Below, piece after piece: positions 7,356 to 15,399 of a stretch of 25,271 nt of DNA (its first letter is position 1; each line of letters begins with the position of its first letter). Location: the NCBI GenBank assembly GCA_938003985.1, contig CALKWZ010000014.1, positions 1 to 25,271 of the forward strand, given 5' to 3'. This DNA is from an uncultured Verrucomicrobiota bacterium. Lineage in GTDB: Bacteria; Verrucomicrobiota; Kiritimatiellia; CAIQIC01; Lenti-01. Position numbers and translations under genes: made by a program. A model generated the notes under the pieces. It was not told the origin of the DNA, ran no database searches, and worked only from the letters and a program-made list of their open reading frames with translations.

Positions 7356-9028
7356 AGCCCGTTTGCCTCGTCGCGCAGGAGCTGCTCTCCGCCTATGGGC
7401 GGGGCGTGGCGCGCTGCGCGGACGGCTTGCTGGCCGGCCAAAGCGCCTTGCGGCCGGCGGTTGGCCGGGAGGGGCCGGCCGCGGTGACGGCGCAATTCAC
7501 GGGCGCGATTCCGCCGGGCGAACTGCCGGTTGCCGGAGTCGGCCGGTTCGCGGCGTTGCTGCGCGCGGGAATGGCGGGAATGGACGTGCCGGCGGATGCG
7601 CCCATCTACCTGGCCACGACGGCCGGCGCGGTCGATGAATTGGAATCCGCCGTTTTTGCCGGCGCCGAATTCGCGGGGCAGGGCGGGTTCTCGCAGTTGC
7701 CTGGACTCGCCGCCGCGGCGCTCGGCGTGGCGCCGGAACGGATTCAAGTCGTTTCCTCCGCCTGCGCGTCCTCGACGGCCGCGCTGGCGTTGGCGGCCGG
7801 CGCCATTCGCCGCGGCGAAACCGAATGCGCGCTCGTGGTCGGCGCCGATATCGTGTCGGAATTCGTGCTGGCGGGGTTTTCGGCGTTGATGGCGGTCGAT
7901 CCGGACGGCGCGCATCCGTTCGATGCGGACCGCAAGGGTGTCGCGCTGGGCGAGGCTTTCGCCGCGGCTTTGCTGATGCGCGGCGACCGGGCCGCGCGCG
8001 AAGGTCGGTCTTGCCTCGGCGCGGTGGCGGGCTGGAGCCTGACCTGCGAGGCCAACCACCTGACCGGACCGTCGCGCGACGGCGCGCCGCTGGCGGAGGC
8101 CATTTGCGGCGCTCTGGACATGGCCGGCGCTGCGCCCCTCGACGTGGCCGCCATTTGCGCGCACGGCACGGGGACCGTCTACAACGACCAGATGGAGCTG
8201 CTGGCGTTCCGCCGCGCGTTCGGCGCGGCGCCGCGGCCGACGTTTTCGGTGAAGGGCGGCATGGGCCACGTGCTGGGCGCCGCCGGTTTGGCGGAAGCGC
8301 TGCTCGTGCTGGAATTCCTGCGGCGCGGCCGGGTTCCGCCGACGGTCGGCTTGCGCCGCGCCGCGGACGATGCGGCCGGCTGGGTTTCTGCGGAACCGCG
8401 CCCGGTGGATTCCGCCGGCATCGCGATTTCCACCAATTCGGGCTTCGGCGGAACCAACGCGGCCGTGGCGCTGACCTTGGCGCCGCGCGGTCTTCCGGCT
8501 CCGCAGGCGAAAACGGAGCCGCAACGGGTGAGCACCGTCCGGGTGGCCGCGGCGGATGCCGCGGCGACGCCGGAGGAAACCGCTTCCTTGCCGCGCAATT
8601 TCAACCGGTTCGGACCCGACGTGCGGCGGGCCTATTTCGCCGTGCGCCGGGCTTTGGCCGCGGCCGGCTTGGCGTCCGAAGCCGGGCGCATCGGATTGAT
8701 CGCCTGCGACCGGGCCGGCAGCGAACGGGCCAACTGGGCCTATTTCGCCGATTACGCGAATTCGGGCCGGACGTTGGCGCGCGGCCAGATGTTCGCGTAT
8801 ACTTTGCCGACCGCGATCGCGGCGGAGTGCGCCATCGCCTGCCGGCTGACGGGACCGTTGCTTTCCGTGGCGGCCGCGGACGGCTCGCCGCGCGCCGCCG
8901 AGTGGGCCGCGCGCGGCCTGCTGGCGGACGGATTGTGCGATGCGGTCGTTTTGCTTTCGACGGATTCCGCCGAAACCCACGCGGCGGCGTGGGGCGCGGC
9001 GGGAGCCCAACCCAAGGAACATCCATGA
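7340..9028 (+). CDS. Beta-ketoacyl synthase with an extra C-terminal ketosynthase-like (Ketoacyl-synt_2-like) segment
   Basis: GTG start overlapping the upstream stop. Triad SSACASSTAAL / CAHGTGTVYND / KGGMGHVLGAAG; then a linker and LPRNFNRFGPDVRRAYFAVRRAL...RGQMFAYTLPTAIAAECAIACRLTGPLLSVAA. Confidence 0.85.
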   Translation: MPAGVEPVCLVAQELLSAYGRGVARCADGLLAGQSALRPAVGREGPAAVTAQFTGAIPPGELPVAGVGRFAALLRAGMAGMDVPADAPIYLATTAGAVDELESAVFAGAEFAGQGGFSQLPGLAAAALGVAPERIQVVSSACASSTAALALAAGAIRRGETECALVVGADIVSEFVLAGFSALMAVDPDGAHPFDADRKGVALGEAFAAALLMRGDRAAREGRSCLGAVAGWSLTCEANHLTGPSRDGAPLAEAICGALDMAGAAPLDVAAICAHGTGTVYNDQMELLAFRRAFGAAPRPTFSVKGGMGHVLGAAGLAEALLVLEFLRRGRVPPTVGLRRAADDAAGWVSAEPRPVDSAGIAISTNSGFGGTNAAVALTLAPRGLPAPQAKTEPQRVSTVRVAAADAAATPEETASLPRNFNRFGPDVRRAYFAVRRALAAAGLASEAGRIGLIACDRAGSERANWAYFADYANSGRTLARGQMFAYTLPTAIAAECAIACRLTGPLLSVAAADGSPRAAEWAARGLLADGLCDAVVLLSTDSAETHAAAWGAAGAQPKEHP

Positions 9029-10296
9029 ATTTGAAGCTGATCTATCCGCGCTGGCCGAAGCTGCAGCACCAAACGGAATTCCATTTGCCGCCGCACGGGC
9101 CGGTGTGCTTCGCGGCCACGTTGCCGCCGGACGTCCAGGTGACGTTCGTCGACGAGAACGTGGACCCGCTGGATCTCCAGGATTCGCCGGAACTGGTCGC
9201 GATGTCGGTCATGCTGACCTGCCAGATTCCCCGCGCCTGGGAAATCGCCGACGCCTACCGCGCGCGCGGCATTCCCGTGATCTTCGGCGGCATCGCCACG
9301 ATGCTGCACGCGGAGGAAACGCAGGCCCACGCGACCAGCGTGTTCCTCGGTGAGGCCGAGGGCCGCATGGAACAGGTGCTGGCCGACTTCCGGGCGGGGC
9401 AATTGAAGCCGGTCTACGATTTCCTGCGCAATCCGCCGGACATCCGGCGGGTGGGGCCGGCGCGCCGCGACATCCTCAACCGCCCGCGGTACAACTTCCG
9501 GGGCGTGCAGATGGTCGATCTGATCCACGCCTCGCGCGGCTGCAAGTTCAAGTGTTTCCCGTGCTGCACGCCGTATCTGGGCGGGTGTTCCTTCCGGCCG
9601 CGCCCGCTCGACGTCGTGGTGGCGGAAATGGCCGCGATCCCGAACAACCGGTTCTTCATCGTCGACAATTCGCTGGCGCAGGACGGCAAGTGGGAGAAGG
9701 AACTGTTCAAGGCCATTGCGCCGCTGAAGAAGAAATGGGTGTCGCATCCGATCTACGACACCGACGAAGTGCTGTCGCTGGCGGCGGACGCGGGCTGCTG
9801 GTACGTCTACCAGGCCGTGGCGGGCATCACGCAGGGCATCCGGCGCCGGATCGAACGGCTGCACGCGCACGGCATCGGCATCGAGGGGACGATCCTGCTG
9901 GGGTTGGACGACCAGACCGAAGACGACGTCAAGCGCATGGTCGACTTCCTGCTGGAAATGAAGTTGGACATGGCGGAGTTCACGGTGCTGGTGCCGTTTC
10001 CGCACACGCCGGTGCGCGAGCAGCTGGAGCGCGAAGGGCGCATCCTGCACAACGACTGGGTGCGCTACACCGGGTCGGAAGTGGTTTACCGTCCCGCCAA
10101 GATGTCGCCGGACACGCTTGAAAAGATGTACCACTACGCCTGGGATGCCTTCTACAAGGAAGCCGACGCCGCGACGCGGATGGCGCGCCTGTTCCTGAAG
10201 GTCATCCACAAGGAAATGAAGGACGGCACCAATCCGGACGTCGGCCGGCGCCGCGACCGGAAGGGCTGGGGCGCGGGAGCCGGCGGGGCGCCATGA
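9025..10296 (+). CDS. B12-binding-domain-type radical SAM protein
   Basis: SRGCKFKCFPC (CX3CX2C), N-terminal Rossmann-like VAMSVMLTCQIPRAWEIADAYRARGIPVIFGG, C-terminal VPFPHTPVREQLEREGRI. Confidence 0.88.
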   Translation: MNLKLIYPRWPKLQHQTEFHLPPHGPVCFAATLPPDVQVTFVDENVDPLDLQDSPELVAMSVMLTCQIPRAWEIADAYRARGIPVIFGGIATMLHAEETQAHATSVFLGEAEGRMEQVLADFRAGQLKPVYDFLRNPPDIRRVGPARRDILNRPRYNFRGVQMVDLIHASRGCKFKCFPCCTPYLGGCSFRPRPLDVVVAEMAAIPNNRFFIVDNSLAQDGKWEKELFKAIAPLKKKWVSHPIYDTDEVLSLAADAGCWYVYQAVAGITQGIRRRIERLHAHGIGIEGTILLGLDDQTEDDVKRMVDFLLEMKLDMAEFTVLVPFPHTPVREQLEREGRILHNDWVRYTGSEVVYRPAKMSPDTLEKMYHYAWDAFYKEADAATRMARLFLKVIHKEMKDGTNPDVGRRRDRKGWGAGAGGAP

Positions 10297-11651
10297 AGAT
10301 CCTGCTGGTCGCCTGCAATCCGGTCGTCGCGCCATACCCGGTCTATCCGCTGGGCATGGCGGTGATCGCCAGCGCCCTGAAGCAGGCCGGCCACGACGTG
10401 CGCCAGCACGACATGCTGGCCGGCAGATTTTCGCTGGATACGCTGCGGGAGGTCTTGGCCGCGGATCCACCCGGCCTGATCGGCGTGTCGTTCCGGAATC
10501 TCGACAACGTGAACGCGTGCAACGAAGCGTGGTACGTCGACCAGCTGGCCGAACTGGTGGCGGCGCTGCGCGCGGCGAGTTCCGCGCCGATCCTGTTGGG
10601 CGGTCCGGGTTTTTCCGTGATGCCGGAACAGGTGCTGGCGGCGTCGGGCGCGGATTACGGCGTGGTGGGGGAAGGGGAACGCCTGGTGGTCGAACTGGCG
10701 GATCGGTTGGCGCGCGGGGAGCGTCCGGAGCAGCGCATCTGGCGCGCCGGGGCCTCGCTGGACGCGGCCGGCATGGCGGCGCCCGCCTACGACGAGGCGA
10801 TTTTGGCTTTCTACCAGGGTTCTGGCGGCGTGACGCCGCTGCAAAGCAAGCGCGGTTGCCCGCACCGCTGCGCCTATTGCACCTATCCGCTGCTGGAGGG
10901 CCACCGGCTGCGCCCGCGCGATCCCGAGCAAGTCGTCGACGATATCGTGGCGCTCCAGGCGCGCGGCGCGAAACAGATCTTCTTCACCGATTCGATTTTC
11001 AACGACCAGGCCGGCCAATACCGCGCGCTGGTGGCGGCCATGCGGCGGCGGGGCGTCCAGATTCCCTGGACCGGATTTTTCCGTCCCGAAATGCTGTCGC
11101 CGGAAATCCTCGCGGACATGAAGGCGACGGGACTGAATTCCGTCGAACTGGGCTCCGACGCGACGTCCGACGCGACCCTGCGCGGCATGGGGAAGGATTT
11201 CACCTTCGCGGAGGTCAAGGCCGTTCATGATCGCTTTCTGGCGGCGCAACTGACGGTATCGCACTATTTCATGATGGGCGGTCCCGACGAAAGCCGCGAG
11301 ACGGTGGAAGAGGGCATCGCCAACGTCCTGCAACTGAAAGGCGCCGCCTCGTTCATTTTCCTCGGCGTGCGGATCCTGCCCGATACGCCCTTGGCCGCGC
11401 GGGCGCTGGCCGAGGGCCTGATCGGTCCCGATACCGATCTGCTGCATCCGATCTACTATTTCTCGCCCGCGCTCGATCGGGATTGGCTGCACGAGCGGTT
11501 GCAGGCGGCGTTCAAGCCCCATCGCCACGTGGTGTATCCGCCGGACGCGATGGACAGCGGTTTGGCCTTTTTGCATCGGTTGGGCTACACGGGCATGTCG
11601 ATCGATCTGCTGCTCAAGCGGGGCGACCGGCGCGGCCAGCGCGCGCAATGA
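10293..11651 (+). CDS. B12-binding-domain-type radical SAM protein
   Basis: SKRGCPHRCAYCTYP (CX3CX2C); N-terminal VACNPVVAPYPVYPLGMAVIASALKQAGHDVRQHDML...PILLGGPGFS cobalamin-binding-like domain. Confidence 0.9.
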   Translation: MKILLVACNPVVAPYPVYPLGMAVIASALKQAGHDVRQHDMLAGRFSLDTLREVLAADPPGLIGVSFRNLDNVNACNEAWYVDQLAELVAALRAASSAPILLGGPGFSVMPEQVLAASGADYGVVGEGERLVVELADRLARGERPEQRIWRAGASLDAAGMAAPAYDEAILAFYQGSGGVTPLQSKRGCPHRCAYCTYPLLEGHRLRPRDPEQVVDDIVALQARGAKQIFFTDSIFNDQAGQYRALVAAMRRRGVQIPWTGFFRPEMLSPEILADMKATGLNSVELGSDATSDATLRGMGKDFTFAEVKAVHDRFLAAQLTVSHYFMMGGPDESRETVEEGIANVLQLKGAASFIFLGVRILPDTPLAARALAEGLIGPDTDLLHPIYYFSPALDRDWLHERLQAAFKPHRHVVYPPDAMDSGLAFLHRLGYTGMSIDLLLKRGDRRGQRAQ

Positions 11652-12583
11652 CCATGGCTGCCGCAGAATCCACGGCCACCGCCCCCGCCGCTCCGGCGCG
11701 ACCTCGTCCCCGCGGGCGGGGCAACGCTCTGGGATTCTGGTTTTTCCGGACGGCCCTGCGGCTCACGGGACTGCGGGGAGCCTACGGTCTGCTCTACTTC
11801 GTGGCGCCTTACTATGCCTTGTTCGATCGCGCGGCGATTGCCGCCGCCGGGGCCTATTTGCGGCGCCTCTTTCCGCGGCAATCGCCGTTGGCGCGGCGGC
11901 TGGCGATCTGCCGCCTGTTCATCCGCCAAGGCCAATGCCTCATCGATCGCGGCGCGCACAACGCCGGAGCCGTCGAATTCCGGTTCGACACGGCGCAGGT
12001 GGAGCAAGCCGGCGTCGCGCTGGCGGGGAATCCGGGCGGTTTCATCCTGCTGCTGTCGCATTTCGGCGGCTGGCAACTGGCCTTGCCCCATCTGCGAAAC
12101 CTGACCGCGGCCCGGCCGGTGTCCCTGCTGATGAACGCGGCGGAAACGCCGGACGTGCAGGCGCACGTGCGCGGCGACGACGCCGGATTCAACGTGATAT
12201 CGCCCGATGCCGGACCGGCCTGCGTGGTCGAGATGGTCGCCCGCCTCCAGCAGGGAGAAATCGTGTCCATCATGGGGGATCGCGCCTACGGCGGCCAGAC
12301 CGCGGTCGTGCCGTTTCTGGGCGAACCCGCCCATTTTCCCGCCAGCGCCTTCGCGGTGGCGCGGGCCGCCCAATGCCCGGTGCTGGCCTTGTTCGCCGTC
12401 AAAACCGGCGGCCAAACCTATGCGTTGGAAACGCGCTTGTTTCCGCCGCCCGCCCGGGACGACCGGCAATCGATCCGCAAGGGCGTGGCCGATTACGCCG
12501 CAACGCTCGAGGCGTACGTCCGCCAACATCCCTTTCAAGGTTTCCTTTTCGACGACGTGTGGCGCCATCCGGAGGCCGGCTGA
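11648..12583 (+). CDS. LpxL/HtrB-like lysophospholipid acyltransferase family protein
   Basis: GFILLLSHFGGWQLALPHLRNL, SIMGDRAYGG, VPFLGEPAHFPASAFAVARAAQCPVLALFA. Confidence 0.82.
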   Translation: MTMAAAESTATAPAAPARPRPRGRGNALGFWFFRTALRLTGLRGAYGLLYFVAPYYALFDRAAIAAAGAYLRRLFPRQSPLARRLAICRLFIRQGQCLIDRGAHNAGAVEFRFDTAQVEQAGVALAGNPGGFILLLSHFGGWQLALPHLRNLTAARPVSLLMNAAETPDVQAHVRGDDAGFNVISPDAGPACVVEMVARLQQGEIVSIMGDRAYGGQTAVVPFLGEPAHFPASAFAVARAAQCPVLALFAVKTGGQTYALETRLFPPPARDDRQSIRKGVADYAATLEAYVRQHPFQGFLFDDVWRHPEAG

Positions 12584-12599
12584 GCCCGGAAACGAGGCT

Positions 12600-12627
12600 T
12601 TGCGCCTTCGGGCAATTGGAGTATAAG
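12600..12627 (+). promoter_or_regulatory. Candidate internal promoter upstream of acyl carrier protein 2
   Basis: TTGCGC (12600-12605), 16-nt spacer, TATAAG (12622-12627), with SD-like AAGGAG at 12644-12649, in the largest gap (71 nt) between 734 and 17914. Confidence 0.4.
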
Positions 12628-12654
12628 GACCGAAAATCGGATCAAGGAGCGACT

Positions 12655-12933
12655 ATGGACCCCCGCGAGCAAGCCCTGGCAGAAATCAAGAAGAAGCTGA
12701 AAGCCCAGTTGATCGATCACCTGAATCTCCAGGACGTCGCGCCGGAGCAGATTAAAGACGACGATCCGCTGTTCGGCGGCGGGCTGGGCTTGGATTCGCT
12801 GGACGCCGTGGAAATCGTGGTCGTCCTGCAGCGGCATTTCGGGGTGGAAATCAAAGACATGGAAGTCGGCCGCAAGGTCTTCCAGACGGTGAATTCGCTG
12901 GCCGATTTCATCTACGAAAAGACGCATGCCTAG
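12655..12933 (+). CDS. Acyl carrier protein 2
   Basis: 92 aa; GGLGLDSLDAVEIVVVLQRHFG; strong SD AAGGAG upstream. Confidence 0.92.
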   Translation: MDPREQALAEIKKKLKAQLIDHLNLQDVAPEQIKDDDPLFGGGLGLDSLDAVEIVVVLQRHFGVEIKDMEVGRKVFQTVNSLADFIYEKTHA

Positions 12934-12936
12934 CGC

Positions 12937-14121
12937 ATGCCTCCGGCCGGCATGAAGGCGGAGATCGCGATTTCAGGTCTGGGCGTCGTGTCCGCGGCGG
13001 GCGGCGACGTGGCCGCTTCGCTCCGGACCTTGCGCGCCGGCCGGCGGCCGGAATGGATCGTCTGTCCTTTCGCCAAGCTGCCCGTGGAATTGCCGATGTT
13101 CGCGGTGCCCGGCGGACCCAACGTCGATCGCACGTTCCATCTGGCCATGCAGGCGGTCGGCCAGGCGCTGGCGGATGCCGGACTCGATTCTTTGCCGGAG
13201 GGATTCCGTCTCGGGGTCTGTCTGGGCACGACTGTGGCGTGCCAGTTGAACGACATTCCGTTCTATGCCGAGTATCGCGCCACGGGCAATCCTTCGCTGG
13301 AACCCGTCGAACGGTTTGCGGCGGGCAGCTTGGCCGAACGCGTCGCGCGGGAAACGCGGGCGACCGGTCCGGCCCTGACCGTGGTGAACGCCTGTTCGTC
13401 GGGGACGGACGCCATGGGCGTGGCCATGGCGTGGCTGCGGGCGGGGCGGTGCGATGCGGTTTTGGCCGGCGGGGCGGATGAATTGAGCCCGATTCCCACC
13501 GTGGGCTTCCATGCGCTCGGCTTGACCAGTCCGGAACCGTGCAAGCCTTTCGATCGGACGCGCCGCGGACTGAACCTGGGCGAGGGGGCCGGCATCGTCG
13601 TGCTGGAACGGGCCGACAGCGCCGTCCGGCGCGGCCGGAAAGGCAATCTGTTCGTCGCCGGGTTCGGCGGCGCTTCGGACGGCTATCACCTGACCGCGCC
13701 CCATCCCGAAGGGCTCGGCTTGGAAATTTCCATCCGCGCCGCTCTGAACGAGGCGGGCATCGAACCCGCCGAGGTCGATTTCGTCAACGCCCACGGCACG
13801 TCGACGCCGGAAAACGACCGCATCGAAGGTGCGACGCTGGCCCGGATTTTCGGGGCCGGAGTGCGGGCCATCTCGACGAAGGGCGCCACGGGCCACACGC
13901 TGGGTGCGGCGGGGGGCATCGAAACGGTGTTTACGGCCTTGGCCCTGCGCGAGGGTTGGATTCCGCCCAGCATTGGTTTCGCGGAACGGGACGAGGGGAT
14001 ACCCTTTGCGCCGTTGACGGAAGTTACGCCGGTCGTCCGGCGGCATGCCCTGTCCACCTCGCTGGCGTTCGGCGGCAACAACGCGGTCGTGGTATTGGAG
14101 CGACGGGAGAATCCGGCATGA
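12937..14121 (+). CDS. Beta-ketoacyl-ACP synthase (KSalpha-like), complete triad
   Basis: VVNACSSGTDAM (Cys), NAHGTSTPEND (His), STKGATGHTLGAAGG (His), STSLAFGGNNAVVV. Alternative start 12952. Confidence 0.92.
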   Translation: MPPAGMKAEIAISGLGVVSAAGGDVAASLRTLRAGRRPEWIVCPFAKLPVELPMFAVPGGPNVDRTFHLAMQAVGQALADAGLDSLPEGFRLGVCLGTTVACQLNDIPFYAEYRATGNPSLEPVERFAAGSLAERVARETRATGPALTVVNACSSGTDAMGVAMAWLRAGRCDAVLAGGADELSPIPTVGFHALGLTSPEPCKPFDRTRRGLNLGEGAGIVVLERADSAVRRGRKGNLFVAGFGGASDGYHLTAPHPEGLGLEISIRAALNEAGIEPAEVDFVNAHGTSTPENDRIEGATLARIFGAGVRAISTKGATGHTLGAAGGIETVFTALALREGWIPPSIGFAERDEGIPFAPLTEVTPVVRRHALSTSLAFGGNNAVVVLERRENPA

Positions 14122-15143
14122 ACCTTGCCGGACTAGGCATCGTGTTTCCCGGCGGAGCGGGCGTGCCCGCGTTGCGGGAGGCGTTGTCCGCCGGCCGCCC
14201 GTTGGTGGGCGAAATGTTGGCCAAAGAACAGGTCCCGGTTTTGAAGGTGCCGGCCGCGGCCCTGACCGGGAATCCCGTGCTGGCGCCGGCCCGGCGGGCG
14301 GATCGCTTCTGCAAGATGACCCTGCTGGCGGCGACGGAAGCGCTGGCCGGCTGCCAAGCGGCGCCGGACCGCATCGGGATCATCCTGGCCACCGCGTTCG
14401 GTCCCCACGGCACGGTGTTCAAGTTCGTGAACGATCTGTTGGAATTCGGCGACGAGCAGGCGTCGCCGACGGTGTTTTCCCAATCCGTCCACGCCGCGGC
14501 GGCCTCGATGGTCGCGGCGGCGGCGCATCTGCACGGTCCGGCGCTGACCGTCGCGGATCTGGCGTTCCCGTTCGAGGAAGCGCTGGCGCTGGCGGATACC
14601 TGGTTGGCCGACGGCCGTTGCGACGCGGTGCTCGCGGGTGCGGTGGACGAAACCTCGGACGTGCTGGCCCACGTGGTCCGGCGCAAATGGGCGCCGGCGC
14701 CCGACGGGATCGCCCGTCCGGCGCAAGCGGGCCAGCCGGCCTACGTGCCCGGCGAGGGCGCCGTGTTCGTGCGCCTGGAACGCGGCAACGGCCCGCTGCT
14801 CACCGTGGCGGATGCGCCGGACGTTTCGGCCGCCGCGAATCTATTCAATGCCGGCGCGCTGGGCGGCGACGACGCGGCGCTCCGCAGGCTGGCGCAATCG
14901 GCCGTTTCCGCGCAAACGTTCGTGTCGCTGCTCGGCAACGTCCGCATCGGCAGCGCCTTCCATTTGGCGGTCGCCGGACTGATGCGCCAAGACGACCGAT
15001 TCTACCCCGACGTGCTGCCGGCGGACCAAACCGGGTTTTCCGGCGGCGGGACCGGTGCGCCCAAGGGACCGATCCAAGTGATTTCCGCATGCGGATCGCG
15101 CGTTCGCGCGATATCGCTCCAGGCGCATGGCGAACGAGGATGA
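14118..15143 (+). CDS. Ketosynthase-like protein lacking the catalytic Cys (KSbeta / chain-length-factor-like)
   Basis: ATGA overlap with the KSalpha-like gene. KS-like LTVADLAFPFEEALALADTWLADGRCDAVLAGAVDE aligns to LTVVNACSSGTDAMGVAMAWLRAGRCDAVLAGGADE of the upstream gene, with Ala149 at the Cys position. Confidence 0.78.
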   Translation: MNLAGLGIVFPGGAGVPALREALSAGRPLVGEMLAKEQVPVLKVPAAALTGNPVLAPARRADRFCKMTLLAATEALAGCQAAPDRIGIILATAFGPHGTVFKFVNDLLEFGDEQASPTVFSQSVHAAAASMVAAAAHLHGPALTVADLAFPFEEALALADTWLADGRCDAVLAGAVDETSDVLAHVVRRKWAPAPDGIARPAQAGQPAYVPGEGAVFVRLERGNGPLLTVADAPDVSAAANLFNAGALGGDDAALRRLAQSAVSAQTFVSLLGNVRIGSAFHLAVAGLMRQDDRFYPDVLPADQTGFSGGGTGAPKGPIQVISACGSRVRAISLQAHGERG

Positions 15144-15144
15144 T

Positions 15145-15399
15145 ATGGCGACGACCCCTGACGAAACGTTGTTGAAGCTGAAGGAACACGTGGCTTTCCT
15201 GCTGGGCGTGGAAGCCTCCGGCATCGCCGCCGACCAACCCCTGCACCTGCTCGGAATCGATTCGATGGGGTTCGTCGATCTGCTGGTGTTCATCGAAAAG
15301 CAATTCGGCCTGTCGCTGATGAACTCCGGCCTGTCCCAGGACGATTTCGCCTCGCTGGCGGTTCTGGCGGGCCGGATCGCCGGGGCCCGGCCATCATGA
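15145..15399 (+). CDS. Acyl carrier protein 3
   Basis: LHLLGIDSMGFVDLLVFIEKQFG phosphopantetheine site. ATG 15145 has SD-like GAGG 5 nt upstream; alternative ATG 15127. Confidence 0.85.
   Translation: MATTPDETLLKLKEHVAFLLGVEASGIAADQPLHLLGIDSMGFVDLLVFIEKQFGLSLMNSGLSQDDFASLAVLAGRIAGARPS

Noticed and set aside
8752-10470. 572-aa minus-strand ORF and similar long antisense ORFs at 2844-4166, 1423-2859, 5145-6461, 7196-9022, 10152-11648, 18646-20193 and 23793-25235
   Set aside because: All lie opposite genes with clear domain motifs; none shows a recognisable fold signature.
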